From positions 12,572,771-12,636,770 of the forward strand of contig NC_092676.1 in the NCBI RefSeq assembly GCF_964355755.1: a DNA stretch of 64,000 nt, in the 5' to 3' direction. How positions within the stretch are numbered: position 1 is the first letter of the stretch; each line of letters starts with the position of its first letter. The position numbers and the translations under genes were made by a program. Source of the stretch: Antedon mediterranea (lineage: Eukaryota; Animalia; Echinodermata). A model generated the notes under the pieces. The model was not told the DNA's origin and searched no databases. It saw only the letters and a program-made list of their open reading frames with translations. Of the stretch, positions 8,801-24,340 are shown piece by piece.

Positions 8801-11800
8801 CAAAGTGTACAAAATAGCTTCAAATCGCATTTGGAGACGTTTTAGACCATTTTGTGCATTTCGATGAAACTTGGTTACACAAAAACATCAAAGTGCTTAA
8901 AATCACATTTGAAAGCGTTTTAGAGCATTTTTAGCATTTCGATAATACTTTTCACACAAAAACATCAAAGTGCACAAAATAGCTTCAAATCGCATTTAGA
9001 GATGTTTTAGACCATTTTGTGCATTTCGATAAAACTTTTCACACAAAAACATCAAATTGCACAAAATAGCTTAATACCGTGTTTGAAATCATTTTAAACC
9101 ATTTTGAGCATGTCGATAAAACTTTTCACACAAGAACATCAAAGTTTTTAGAATATCTCCAAATCGCATTTGGAGACGTTTTAGACCATTTTGTGCATTT
9201 CGATGAAACTTGGTTACACAAAAACATCAAAGTGCTTAAAATCACATTTGAAACCGTTTTAGAGCATTTTGAGCATTTCGATAAAACTTTTCAAACAAAA
9301 ACATCAAAGTGTACAAAATAGCTTCAAATCACATTTGAAACCGTTTTAGACCATTTTGAGCATTTCGATAAAACTTTTCACACAAAAACATCAAAGTGTA
9401 CAAAATAGCTTCAAATCGCATTTGGAGACGTTTTAGACCATTTTGTGCATTTCGATGAAACTTGGTTACACAAAAACATCAAAGTGCTTAAAATCACATT
9501 TGAAACCGTTTTAGAGCATTTTTAGCATTTCGATAACACTTTTCACACAAAACATCAAAGTGTACAAAATAGCTTCAAATCGCATTTGGAGACGTTTTAG
9601 ACCATTTTGTGCATTTCGATGAAACTTGGTTACACAAAAACATCAAAGTGCTTAAAATCACATTTGAAACCGTTTTAGAGCATTTTGAGCATTTCGATAA
9701 AACTTTTCACACAAAAACATCAAAGTGTACAAAATAGCTTCAAATCACATTTGAAACCGTTTTAGACTATTTTGAGCATTTCGATAAAACTTTTCACACA
9801 AAAACATCAAAGTGTACAAAATAGCTTCAAATCGCATTTGGAGACGTTTTAGACCATTTTGTGCATTTCGATGAAACTTGGTTACACAAAAACATCAAAG
9901 TGCTTAAAAATACATTTGAAACCGTTTTAGACCATTTTGAGCATTTCGATAAAACTTTTCACACAAAAACATCAAAGTGTACAAAATAGCTTCAAATCGC
10001 ATTTGGAGACGTTTTAGACCATTTTGTGCATTTCGATGAAACTTGGTTACACAAAAACATCAAAGTGCTTAAAATCACATTTGAAACCGTTTTAGAGCAT
10101 TTTTAGCATTTCGATAATACTTTTCACACAAAACATCAAAGTGTACAAAATAGCTTCAAATCGCATTTGGAGACGTTTTAGACCATTTTGTGCATTTCGA
10201 TGAAACTTGGTTACACAAAAACATCAAAGTGCTTAAAATCACATTTGAAACCGTTTTAGACCATTTTGAGCATTTCGATAAAACTTTTCACACAAAAAAA
10301 TCAAAGTGCACAAAATAGCTTCAAATCGCATTTGGGGACGTTTTAGACTATTTTGTGCATTTCGAAAAAAATTGTTAACATAAAAAGACCAAAGTGTTCA
10401 AAATAGCTTCAAATCGCATTTAGAGACGTTTTAGACCATTTTTTGCATTTCGATGAAACTTGGTTACACAAAATCATCAAAGTGCTTAAAATCACATTTA
10501 AAACCGTTTTAGAGCATTTTTAGCATTTCGATAAAACTTTTCACACAAAAACATCAAAGTGTACAAAATAGCTTCAAATCGCATTTAGAGAGGTTTTAGA
10601 CAATTTTGTGCATTTCGATAAAACTTTTCACACAAAAACATCAAAGTGTACAAAATAGCTTCAAATTGCATTTAGAGACGTTTTAGACCATTTTGTGCAT
10701 TTCGATAAAACTTTTCACACAAAAACATCAAATTGCACAAAATCGTTTTAAACCATTTTAAATCGTTTTAAACCATTTTGAGCATTTCGATAAAACTTTT
10801 CACAAAAAACATCAAAGTGCACAGAATAGCTTCAAATTGCATTTGGAGACGTTTTAGAGCATTTTGTGCATTTCGATAAAATGTGTTAACATAAAAAGAC
10901 CAAAGTGTTTAGAATATCTTCAAATCACATTTGGAGACGTTTTAGACCATTTTTTGCATTTCGATGAAACTTGGTTACACAAAAACATCAAAGTGCTTAA
11001 AATCACATTTGAAACCGTTTTAGAGCATTTTGAGCATTTCGATAAAACTTTTCACACAAAAACATCAAAGTGTACAAAATAGCTTCAAATCGCATTTAGA
11101 GACGTTTTAGACCATTTTGTGCATTTCGAAAAAATTTGTTAACATAAAAAGACCAAAGTGTTTAGAATATCTCCAAATCGCATTTGGAGACGTTTTAGAC
11201 CATTTTGTGCATTTCGATGAAACTTGGTTACACAAAAACATCAAAGTGCTTAAAATCACATTTGAAACCGTTTTAGAGCATTTTTAGCATTTCGATAATA
11301 CTTTTCACACAAGAACATCAAAGTGTACAAAATAGCTTCAAATCGCATTTGGAGACGTTTTAGACCATTTTGTGCATTTCGATGAAACTTGGTTACACAA
11401 AAACATCAAGGTGCTTAAAATCACATTTGAAACCGTTTTAGACCACTTTGAGCATTTCGATAAAACTTTTCACACAAAAAAATCAAAGTGCACAAAATAG
11501 CTTCAAATCGCATTTGGAGACGTTTTAGACTATTTTGTGCATTTTGAAAAAATTTGTTAACATAAAAAGACCAAAGTGTTTAGAATATCTCCAAATCGCA
11601 TTTGGAGACGTTTTAAACCATTTTGTGCATTTCGATGGAACTTGGTTACACAAAAACATCAAAGTGCTTAAAATCACATTTAAAACCGTTTTAGAGCATT
11701 TTGAGCATTTCGATAAAACTTTTCACACAAAAACATCAAAGTGTACAAAATAGCTTCAAATCGCATTTAGAGAGGTTTTAGACCATTTTGTGCATTTCGA

Positions 11801-11874
11801 TAAAACTTTACACACAAAAACATCAAAGTGTACAAAATAGCTTCAAATCGCATTTAGAGAGGTTTTAGACCATT

Positions 11875-14800
11875 TTGTGCATTTCGATAAAACTTTTCAC
11901 ACAAAAACATCAAATTGCACAAAATAGCTTAATATCGTGTTTGAAAACGTTTTAAACCATTTTGAGCATGTCGATAAAACTTTTCACACAAAAATATCAA
12001 AGCGCACAGAATATCTTCAAATCGCATTTAGAGACGTTTTAGACCATTTTGTGCATTTCGAAAAAATTTGTTAACATAAAATGACCAAAGTGTTTAGAAT
12101 ATCTCCAAATCGCATTTGGAGACGTTTTAGACCATTTTGTGCATTTCGATGAAACTTGATTACACAAAAACATCAAAGTGCTTAAAATCACATTTAAAAC
12201 CGTTTTAGAGCGTTTTGAGCATTTCGATAAACTTTTCACACAAAAACATCAAAGTGCACAAAATAGCTTCAAATCGCATTTAGAGATGTTTTAGACCATT
12301 TTGTGCATTTCGATAAAACTTTTCACACAAAAACATCAAATTGCACAAAAAAGCTTAATACCGTGTTTGAAATCGTTTTAAACCAATTTCAGCATGTCGA
12401 AAAAACTTTTCACACAAAAACATCAAAGTGCACAGAATATCTTCAAATCGCATTTAGAGACGTTTTAGACCATTTTGTGCATTTCGAAAAAATTTGTTAA
12501 CATAAAAAGACCAAAGTGTTTAGAATATCTCCAAATCGCATTTGGAGACGTTTTAGACCATTTTGTGCATTTCGATGAAACTTGGTTACACAAAAACATC
12601 AAAGTGCTTAAAATCACATTTGAAACCGTTTTAGAGCATTTTGAGCATTTCGATAAAACTTTTCACACAAAAACATCAAAGTGTACAAAATAGCTTCAAA
12701 TCACATTTGAAACCGTTTTAGACCATTTTGAGTATTTCGATAAAACTTTTCACACAAAAACATCAAAGTGTACAAAATAGCTTCAAATCGCATTTGGAGA
12801 CGTTTTAGACCATTTTGTGCATTTCGATGAAACTTGGTTACACAAAAACATCAAAGTGCTTAAAATCACATTTGAAACCGTTTTAGAGCATTTTTAGCAT
12901 TTCGATAATACTTTTCACACAAAAACATCAAGGTGTACAAAATAGCTTCAAATCGCATTTGGAGACGTTTTAGACCATTTTGTGCATTTCGATGAAACTT
13001 GGTTACACAAAAACATCAAAGTGCTTAAAATCACATTTGAAATCGTTTTAGACCATTTTGAGCATTTCGATAAAACTTTTCACACAAAAAAATCAAAGTG
13101 CACAAAATACCTTCAAATCGCATTTGGAGACGTTTTAGACTATTTTGTGCATTTCGAAAAAATTTGTTAACATAAAAAGACCAAAGTGTTTAGAATATCT
13201 CCAAATCGCATTTGGAGACGTTTTAAATCATTTTGTGCATTTCGATGGAACTTGGTTACACAAAAACATCAAAGTGCTTAAAATCACATTTAAAACCGTT
13301 TTAGAGCATTTTGAGCATTTCGATAAAACTTTTCACACAAAAACATCAAAGTGTACAAAATAGCTTCAAATCGCATTTAGAGAGGTTTTAGACCATTTTG
13401 TGCATTTCGATAAAACTTTACACACAAAAACATCAAAGTGTACAAAATAGCTTCAAATCGCATTTAGAGACGTTTTAGACCATTTTGTGCATTTCGATAA
13501 AACTTTTCACACAAAAACATCAAATTGCACAAAATAGCTTAATATCGTGTTTGAAAACGTTTTAAACCATTTTGAGCATGTCGATAAAACTTTTCACACA
13601 AAAATATCAAAGTGCACAGAATATCTTCAAATCGCATTTAGAGACGTTTTAGACCATTTTGTGCATTTCGAAAAAATTTGTTAACATAAAAAGACCAAAG
13701 TGTTTAGAATATCTCCAAATCGCATTTGGAGACGTTTTAGACCATTTTGTGCATTTCGATGAAACTTGGTTACATAAAAACATCAAAGTGCTTAAAATCA
13801 CATTTAAAACCGTTTTAGAGCGTTTTGAGCATTTCGATAAACTTTTCACACAAAAACATCAAAGTGCACAAAATAGCTTCAAATCGCATTTAGAGATGTT
13901 TTAGACCATTTTGTGCATTTCGAAAAAACTTTTCACACAAAAACATCAAATTGCACACAATAGCTTAATACCGTGTGTGAAATCGTTTTAAACCATTTTG
14001 AGCATGTCGATAAAACTTTTCACACAAAAACATCAAAGTGCACAGAATATCTTCAAATCGCATATAGAGACGTTTTAGACCATTTTGTGCATTTCGAAAA
14101 AATTTTTTAACATTAAAAGACCAATGTGTTTAGAATATCTCCAAATCGCATTTGGAGACGTTTTAGACCATTTTGTGCATTTCGATGAAACTTGGTTACA
14201 CAAAAACATCAAAGTGCTTAAAATCACATTTGAAACCGTTTTAGAGCATTTTGAGCATTTCGATAAAACTTTTCACACAAAAACATCAAAGTGTACAAAA
14301 TAGCTTCAAATCACATTTGAAACCGTTTTAGACCATTTTGAGCATTTCGATAAAACTTTTCACACAAAAACATCAAAGTGTACAAAATGGCTTCAAATCG
14401 CATTTGGAGACGTTTTAGAGCATTTTGAGCATTTCGATAAAACTTTTCACACAAAAACATCAAAGTGTACAAAATAACTTCAAATCGCATTTAGAGACGT
14501 TTTAGACCATTTTGTGCATTTTGATAAAACTTTTCACACAAAAACATCAAATTGCACAAAATAGCTTAATATCGTGTTTGAAAACGTTTTAAACCATTTT
14601 GAGCATGTCGATAAAACTTTTCACATAAAAATATCAAAGTGCACAGAATAGCTTCAAATCGCATTTGGAGACGTTTTAGACCATTTTGTGCATTTTGATA
14701 AAACTTTTCACACAAAAACATCAAATTGCACAAAATAGCTTAATATCGTGTTTGAAAACGTTTTAAACCATTTTGAGCATGTCGATAAAACTTTTCACTC

Positions 14801-17800
14801 AAAAATATCAAAGTGCACAGAATATCTTCAAATCGCATTTAGAGACGTTTTAGACCATTTTGTGCATTTCGAAAAAATTTGTTAACATAAAAAGACCAAA
14901 GTGTTTAGAATATCTCCAAATCGCATTTGGAGACGTTTTAAACCATTTTGTGCATTTCGATGGAACTTGGTTACACAAAAACATCAAAGTGCTTAAAATC
15001 ACATTTAAAACCGTTTTAGAGCATTTTGAGCATTTCGATAAAACTTTTCACACAAAAACATCAAAGTGTACAAAATAGCTTCAAATCGCATTTAGAGAGG
15101 TTTTAGACCATTTTGTGCATTTCGATAAAACTTTACACACAAAAACATCAAAGTGTACAAAATAGCTTCAAATCGCATTTAGAGACGTTTTAGACCATTT
15201 TGTGCATTTCGATAAAACTTTTCACACAAAAACATCAAATTGCACAAAATAGCTTAATATCGTGTTTAAAACCGTTTTTACCATTTTGAGCATTTCGATA
15301 AACTTTTCACACAAAAACATCAAAGTGCACAAAATAGCTTCAAATCGCATTTAGAGATGTTTTAGAACATTTTGTGCATTTCGATAAAATTTTTCACACA
15401 AAAACATCAAATTGCACAAAAAACCTTAATACCGTGTTTGAAATCGTTTTAAACCAATTTGAGCATGTCGATAAAACTTTTCACACAAAAACATCAAAGT
15501 GCACATAATATCTTCAAATCGCATTTAGAGACGTTTTAGACCATTTTGGGCATTTCGATGAAACTTGGTTACACAAATACATAAAAGTGCTTAAAATCAC
15601 ATTTAAAACCGTTTTAGAGCATTTTGAGCATTTCGATAAAACTTTTCACACAAAAACATCAAAGTGTACAAAATAGCTTCAAATCGCATTTAGAGAGGTT
15701 TTAGACCATTTTGTGCATTTCGATAAAACTTTTCACACAAAAACATCAAAGTGTACAAAATAACTTCAAATCGTATTTTGAGACGTTTTAGACCATTTTG
15801 TGCATTTTGATAAAACTTTTCACACAAAAACATCAAATTGCACAAAATAGCTTAATATCGTGTTTGAAAACGTTTTAAACCATTTTGAGCATGTCGATAA
15901 AACTTTTCACACAAAAACATCAAATTGCACAAAATAGCTTAATATCGTGTTTGAAAACGTTTTAAACCATTTTGAGCATGTCGATAAAACTTTTCACACA
16001 AAAATATCAAAGTGCACAGAATATCTTCAAATCGCATTTAGAGACGTTTTAGACCATTTTGTGCATTTCGAAAAAATTTGTTAACATAAAAAGACCAAAG
16101 TGTTTAGAATATCTCCAAATCGCATTTGGAGACGTTTTAGACCATTTTGTGTTTTTCGAAAAAACTTTTCACACAAAAACATCAAAGTGTACAAAATTGC
16201 TTCAAATCGCATTTGGAGACGTTTTAGACCATTTTGTGATTTTCGAAAAACTTTTCACACAAAAACATCAAAGTGTAGAAAATTGCTTCAAATCGCATTT
16301 AGAGACGTTTTAGACCATTTTGTGCATTTCGAAAAAATTTGTTAACATAAAAAGACCAAAGTGTTTAGAATATTTCCAAATCGCATTTGGAGACGTTTTA
16401 GACCATTTTGTGCATTTCGATGAAACTTGGTTACACAAAAACATCAAAGTGCTTAAAATCACATTTAAAACCGTTTTAGAGCGTTTTGAGCATTTCGATA
16501 AACTTTTCACACAAAAAAATCAAAGTGCACAAAATAGCATTTAGAGATGTTTTAGACCATTTTGTGCATTTCGATAAAACTTTTCACACAAAAACATCAA
16601 ATTGCACAAAAAAGCTTAATACCGTGTTTGAAATCGTTTTAAACCAATTTGAGCATGTCGATAAAACTTTTCACACAAAAACATCAAAGTGCACAGAATA
16701 TCTTCAAATCGCATTTAGAGACGTTTTAGACCATTTTGTGCATTTCGAAAAAATTTGTTAACATAAAAAGACCAAAGTGTTTAGAATATCTCCAAATCGC
16801 ATTTGGAGACGTTTTAAACCATTTTGTGCATTTCGATGGAACTTGGTTACACAAAAACATCAAAGTGCTTAAAATCACATTTGAAACCGTTTTAGAGCAT
16901 TTTTAGCATTTCGATAATACTTTTCACACAAAAACATCAAAGTGCACAAAATAGCTTCAAATCGCATTTAGAGATGTTTTAGACCATTTTGTGCATTTCG
17001 ATAAAACTTTTCACACAAAAACATCAAATTGCACAAAATAGCTTAATACCGTGTTTGAAATCATTTTAAACCATTTTGAGCATGTCGATAAAACTTTTCA
17101 CACAAAAACATCAAAGTTTTTAGAATATCTCCAAATCGCATTTGGAGACGTTTTAGACCATTTTGTGCATTTCGATGAAACTTGGTTACACAAAAACATC
17201 AAAGTGCTTAAAATCACATTTGAAACCGTTTTAGAGCATTTTGAGCATTTCGATAAAACTTTTCAAACAAAAACATCAAAGTGTACAAAATAGCTTCAAA
17301 TCACATTTGAAACCGTTTTAGACCATTTTGAGCATTTCGATAAAACTTTTCACACAAAAACATCAAAGTGTACAAAATAACTTCAAATCGCATTTGGAGA
17401 CGTTTTAGACCATTTTGTGCATTTCGATAAAACTTTTCACACAAAAACATCAAATTGCACAAAATAGCTTAATATCGTGTTTAAAACCGTTTTTACCATT
17501 TTGAGCATTTCGATAAACTTTTCACACAAAAACATCAAAGTGCTTAAAATCACATTTGAAAGCGTTTTAGAGCATTTTTAGCATTTCGATAATACTTTTC
17601 ACACAAAAACATCAAAGTGTACAGAATAGCTTCAAATCGCATTTGGAGACGTTTTAGACCATTTTGTGCATTTCGATGAAACTTGGTTACACAAAAACAT
17701 CAAAGTGCTTAAAATCACATTTGAAACCGTTTTAGAGCATTTTTAGCATTTCGATAATACTTTTCACACAAAAACATCAAAGTGCACAAAATAGCTTCAA

Positions 17801-20800
17801 ATCGCATTTAGAGATGTTTTAGACCATTTTGTGCATTTCGATAAAACTTTTCACACAAAAACATCAAATTGCACAAAATAGCTTAATACCGTGTTTGAAA
17901 TCATTTTAAACCATTTTGAGCATGTCGATAAAACTTTTCACACAAAAACATCAAAGTTTTTAGAATATTTCCAAATCGCATTTGGAGACGTTTTAGACCA
18001 TTTTGTGCATTTCGATGAAACTTGGTTACACAAAAACATCAAAGTGCTTAAAATCACATTTGAAACCGTTTTAGAGCATTTTGAGCATTTCGATAAAACT
18101 TTTCAAACAAAAACATCAAAGTGTACAAAATAGCTTCAAATCACATTTGAAACCGTTTTAGACCATTTTGAGCATTTCGATAAAACTTTTCACACAAAAA
18201 CATCAAAGTGTACAAAATAGCTTCAAATCGCATTTGGAGACGTTTTAGACCATTTTTTGCATTTCGATGAAACTTGGTTACACAAAAACATCAAAGTGCT
18301 TAAAATCACATTTGAAACCGTTTTAGAGCATTTTGAGCATTTCGATAAAACTTTTCACACAAAAACATCAAAGTGTACAAAATAGCTTCAAATCGCATTT
18401 AGAGACGTTTTAGACCATTTTGTGCATTTCGAAAAAATTTGTTAACATAAAAAGACCAAAGTGTTTAGAATATCTCCAAATCGCATTTGGAGACGTTTTA
18501 GACCATTTTGTGCATTTCGATGAAACTTGGTTACACAAAAACATCAAAGTGCTTAAAATCACATTTGAAACCGTTTTAGAGCATTTTTAGCATTTCGATA
18601 ATACTTTTCACACAAAAACATCAAAGTGTACAAAATAGCTTCAAATCGCATTTGGAGACGTTTTAGACCATTTTGTGCATTTCGATGAAAGTTGGTTACA
18701 CAAAAACATCAAAGTGCTTAAAATCACATTTGAAACCGTTTTAGACCATTTTGAGCATTTCGATAAAACTTTTCACACAAAAAAATCAAAGTGCACAAAA
18801 TAGCTTCAAATCGCATTTGGAGACGTTTTAGACTATTTTGTGCATTTTGAAAAAATTTGTTAACATAAAAAGACCAAAGTGTTTAGAATATCTCCAAATC
18901 GCATTTGGAGACGTTTTAAACCATTTTGTGCATTTCGATGGAACTTGGTTACACAAAAACATCAAAGTGCTTAAAATCACATTTAAAACCGTTTTAGAGC
19001 ATTTTGAGCATTTCGATAAAACTTTTCACACAAAAACATCAAAGTGCACAAAATAGCTTCAAATCACATTTGAAACCGTTTTAGAGCATTTTTAGCATTT
19101 CGATAAAACTTTTCACACAAAAACATCAAAGTGTACAAAATAGCTTCAAATCGCATTTAGAGAGGTTTTAGACAATTTTGTGCATTTCGATAAAACTTTT
19201 CACACAAAAACATCAAAGTGTACAAAATAGCTTCAAATTGCATTTAGAGACGTTTTAGACCATTTTGTGCATTTCGATAAAACTTTTCACACAAAAACAT
19301 CAAATTGCACAAAATCGTTTTAAACCATTTTAAATCGTTTTAAACCATTTTGAGCATGTCGATAAAACTTTTCACAAAAAACATCAAAGTGCACAGAATA
19401 GCTTCAAATTGCATTTGGAGACGTTTTAGAGCATTTTGTGCATTTCGATAAAATGTGTTAACATAAAAAGACCAAAGTGTTTAGAATATCTTCAAATCAC
19501 ATTTGGAGACGTTTTAGACCATTTTTTGCATTTCGATGAAACTTGGTTACACAAAAACATCAAAGTGCTTAAAATCACATTTGAAACCGTTTTAGAGCAT
19601 TTTGAGCATTTCGATAAAACTTTTCACACAAAAACATCAAAGTGTACAAAATAGCTTCAAATCGCATTTAGAGACGTTTTAGACCATTTTTTGCATTTCG
19701 ATGAAACTTGGTTACACAAAAACATCAAAGTGCTTAAAATCACATTTAAAACCGTTTTAGAGCATTTTTAGCATTTCGATAAAACTTTTCACACAAAAAC
19801 ATCAAAGTGTACAAAATAGCTTCAAATCGCATTTAGAGAGGTTTTAGACAATTTTGTGCATTTCGATAAAACTTTTCACACAAAAACATCAAAGTGTACA
19901 AAATAGCTTCAAATTGCATTTAGAGACGTTTTAGACCATTTTGTGCATTTCGATAAAACTTTTCACACAAAAACATCAAATTGCACAAAATCGTTTTAAA
20001 CCATTTTAAATCGTTTTAAACCATTTTGAGCATTTCGATAAAACTTTTCACAAAAAACATCAAAGTGCACAGAATAGCTTCAAATTGCATTTGGAGACGT
20101 TTTAGAGCATTTTGTGCATTTCGATAAAATGTGTTAACATAAAAAGACCAAAGTGTTTAGAATATCTTCAAATCACATTTGGAGACGTTTTAGACCATTT
20201 TTTGCATTTCGATGAAACTTGGTTACACAAAAACATCAAAGTGCTTAAAATCACATTTGAAACCGTTTTAGAGCATTTTGAGCATTTCGATAAAACTTTT
20301 CACACAAAAACATCAAAGTGTACAAAATAGCTTCAAATCGCATTTAGAGACGTTTTAGACCATTTTGTGCATTTCGAAAAAATTTGTTAACATAAAAAGA
20401 CCAAAGTGTTTAGAATATCTCCAAATCGCATTTGGAGACGTTTTAGACCATTTTGTGCATTTCGATGAAACTTGGTTACACAAAAACATCAAAGTGCTTA
20501 AAATCACATTTGAAACCGTTTTAGAACATTTTTAGCATTTCGATAATACTTTTCACACAAAAACATCAAAGTGTACAAAATAGCTTCAAATCGCATTTGG
20601 AGACGTTTTAGACCATTTTGTGCATTTCGATGAAAGTTGGTTACACAAAAACATCAAAGTGCTTAAAATCACATTTGAAACCGTTTTAGACCATTTTGAG
20701 CATTTCGATAAAACTTTTCACACAAAAAAATCAAAGTGCACAAAATAGCTTCAAATCGCATTTGGAGACGTTTTAGACTATTTTGTGCATTTTGAAAAAA

Positions 20801-23800
20801 TTTGTTAACATAAAAAGACCAAAGTGTTTAGAATATCTCCAAATCGCATTTGGAGACGTTTTAAACCATTTTGTGCATTTCGATGGAACTTGGTTACACA
20901 AAAACATCAAAGTGCTTAAAATCACATTTAAAACCGTTTTAGAGCATTTTGAGCATTTCGATAAAACTTTTCACACAAAAACATCAAAGTGTACAAAATA
21001 GCTTCAAATCGCATTTAGAGACATTTTAGACCATTTTGTGCATTTCGATAAAACTTTTCACACAAAAACATCAAATTGCACAAATAGCTTAATACCGTGT
21101 TTGAAATCGTTTTAAACCATTTTGAGCATGTCGATAAAACTTTTCACAAAAAAACATCAAAGTGCACAGAATAGCTTCAAATCGCATTTGGAGACGTTTT
21201 AAACCATTTTGTGCATTTCGATAAAACTTTTCACATAAAAACAACAAAGTGTACAAAATAGCTTCAAATCGCATTTGGAGACGTTTTAGACCATTTTGTG
21301 CATTTCGATGAAACTTGGTTACACAAAAACATCAAAGTGCTTAAAATCACATTTGAAACCGTTTTAGAGCATTTTGAGCATTTCGATAAAACTTTTCACA
21401 CAAAAACATCAAAGTGTACAAAATAGCTTCAAATCACATTTGAAACCGTTTTAGACCATATTGAGCATTTCGATAAAACTTTTCACACAAAAACATCAAA
21501 GTGTACAAAATAGCTTCAAATCGCATTTGGAGACGTTTTAGACCATTTTGTGTATTTCGATGAAACTTGGTTACACAAAAACATCAAAGTGCTTAAAATC
21601 ACATTTGAAAGCGTTTTAGAGCATTTTTAGCATTTCGATAATACTTTTCACACAAAAACATCAAAGTGTACAAAATAGCTTCAAATCGCATTTGGAGACG
21701 TTTTAGACCATTTTGTGCATTTCGATGAAACTTGGTTACACAAAAACATCAAAGTGCTTAAAATCACATTTAAAACAGTTTTAGAGCATTTTGAGCATTT
21801 CGATAAAACTTTTCACACAAAAACATCAAAGTGTACAAAATAGCTTCAAATCGCATTTAAAGAGGTTTTAGACCATTTTGTGCATTTCGATAAAACTTTT
21901 CACACAAAAACATCAAAGTGTACAAAATAGCTTCAAATCGCATTTAGAGACGTTTTAGACCATCTTGTGCATTTCGATAAAACTTTTCACACAAAAACAT
22001 CAAATTGCACAAAATAGCTTAATATCGTGTTTGAAAACGTTTTAAACCATTTTGAGCATGTCGATAAAACTTTTCACACAAAAATATCAAAGTGCACAGA
22101 ATATCTTCAAATCGCATTTAGAGACGTTTTAGACCATTTTGTGCATTTCGAAAAAATTTGTTAACATAAAAAGACCAAAGTGTTTAGAATATCTCCAAAT
22201 CGCATTTGGAGACGTTTTAGACCATTTTGTGCATTTCAATGAAACTTGGTTACACAAAAACATCAAAGTGCTTAAAATCACATTTAAAACCGTTTTAGAG
22301 CGTTTTGAGCATTTCGATAAACTTTTCACACAAAAACATCAAAGTGCACAAAATAGCTTCAAATCGCATTTAGAGATGTTTTAGACCATTTTGTGCATTT
22401 CGATAAAACTTTTCACACAAAAACATCAAATTGCACAAAAAAGCTTAATACCGTGTTTGAAATCGTTTTAAACCAATTTGAGCATGTCGAAAAAACTTTT
22501 CACACAAAAACATCAAAGTGCACAGAATATCTTCAAATCGCATTTAGAGACGTTTTAGACCATTTTGTGCATTTCGAAAAAATTTGTTAACATAAAAAGA
22601 CCAAAGTGTTTAGAATATCTCCAAATCGCATTTGGAGACGTTTTAGACCATTTTGTGCATTTCGATGAAACTTGGTTACACAAAAACATCAAAGTGCTTA
22701 AAATCACATTTGAAACCGTTTTAGAGCATTTTGAGCATTTCGATAAAACTTTTCACACAAAAACATCAAAGTGTACAAAATAGCTTCAAATCACATTTGA
22801 AACCGTTTTAGACCATTTTGAGCATTTCGATAAAACTTTTCACACAAAAATATCAAAGTGTACAAAATAGCTTCAAATCGCATTTGGAGACGTTTTAGAC
22901 CATTTTGTGCATTTCGATGAAACTTGGTTACACAAAAACATCAAAGTGCTTAAAATCACATTTGAAACCGTTTTAGAGCATTTTTAGCATTTCGATAATA
23001 CTTTTCACACAAAAACATCAAAGTGTACAAAATAGCTTCAAATCGCATTTGGAGACGTTTTAGACCATTTTGTGCATTTCGATGAAACTTGGTTACACAA
23101 AAACATCAAAGTGCTTAAAATCACATTTGAAATCGTTTTAGACCATTTTGAGCATTTCGATAAAACTTTTCACACAAAAAAATCAAAGTGCACAAAATAG
23201 CTTCAAATCGCATTTGGAGACGTTTTAGACTATTTTGTGCATTTCGAAAAAATTTGTTAACATAAAAAGACCAAAGTGTTTAGAATATCTCCAAATCGCA
23301 TTTGGAGACGTTTTAAATCATTTTGTGCATTTCGATGGAACTTGGTTACACAAAAACATCAAAGTGCTTAAAATCACATTTAAAACCGTTTTAGAGCATT
23401 TTGAGCATTTCGATAAAACTTTTCACACAAAAACATCAAAGTGTACAAAATAGCTTCAAATCGCATTTAGAGAGGTTTTAGACCATTTTGTGCATTTCGA
23501 TAAAACTTTACACACAAAAACATCAAAGTGTACAAAATAGCTTCAAATCGCATTTAGAGACGTTTTAGACCATTTTGTGCATTTCGATAAAACTTTTCAC
23601 ACAAAAACATCAAATTGCACAAAATAGCTTAATATCGTGTTTGAAAACGTTTTAAACCATTTTGAGCATGTCGATAAAACTTTTCACACAAAAATATCAA
23701 AGTGCACAGAATATCTTCAAATCGCATTTAGAGACGTTTTAGACCATTTTGTGCATTTCGAAAAAATTTGTTAACATAAAAAGACCAAAGTGTTTAGAAT

Positions 23801-24340
23801 ATCTCCAAATCGCATTTGGAGACGTTTTAGACCATTTTGTGCATTTCGATGAAACTTGGTTACATAAAAACATCAAAGTGCTTAAAATCACATTTAAAAC
23901 CGTTTTAGAGCGTTTTGAGCATTTCGATAAACTTTTCACACAAAAACATCAAAGTGCACAAAATAGCTTCAAATCGCATTTAGAGATGTTTTAGACCATT
24001 TTGTGCATTTCGAAAAAACTTTTCACACAAAAACATCAAATTGCACACAATAGCTTAATACCGTGTTTGAAATCGTTTTAAACCATTTTGAGCATGTCGA
24101 TAAAACTTTTCACACAAAAACATCAAAGTGCACAGAATATCTTCAAATCGCATATAGAGACGTTTTAGACCATTTTGTGCATTTCGAAAAAATTTGTTAA
24201 CATTAAAAGACCAATGTGTTTAGAATATCTCCAAATCGCATTTGGAGACGTTTTAGACCATTTTGTGCATTTCGATGAAACTTGGTTACACAAAAACATC
24301 AAAGTGCTTAAAATCACATTTGAATCCGTTTTAGAGCATT
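11875..24340 (+). repeat. Two ~2.4-kb copies at 10,090-bp offset (~11875-14250 and ~21965-24340)
   Basis: Markers 12039/22129, 12303/22393, 12475/22565, 13145/23235 and 13649/23739; the rare variant ccaatgtg at 14121 and 24211. Confidence 0.87.

Larger units (their letters stand above)
1..9679 (+). repeat. Copy 1 of a >=9.7-kb near-identical segment duplicated at 38,839-bp offset
   Basis: All ORF markers from 215 to 9079 recur at exactly +38,839 (39054 to 47918); rare variants are shared (aattcac ~7214, gataacact ~9532). Confidence 0.93.
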
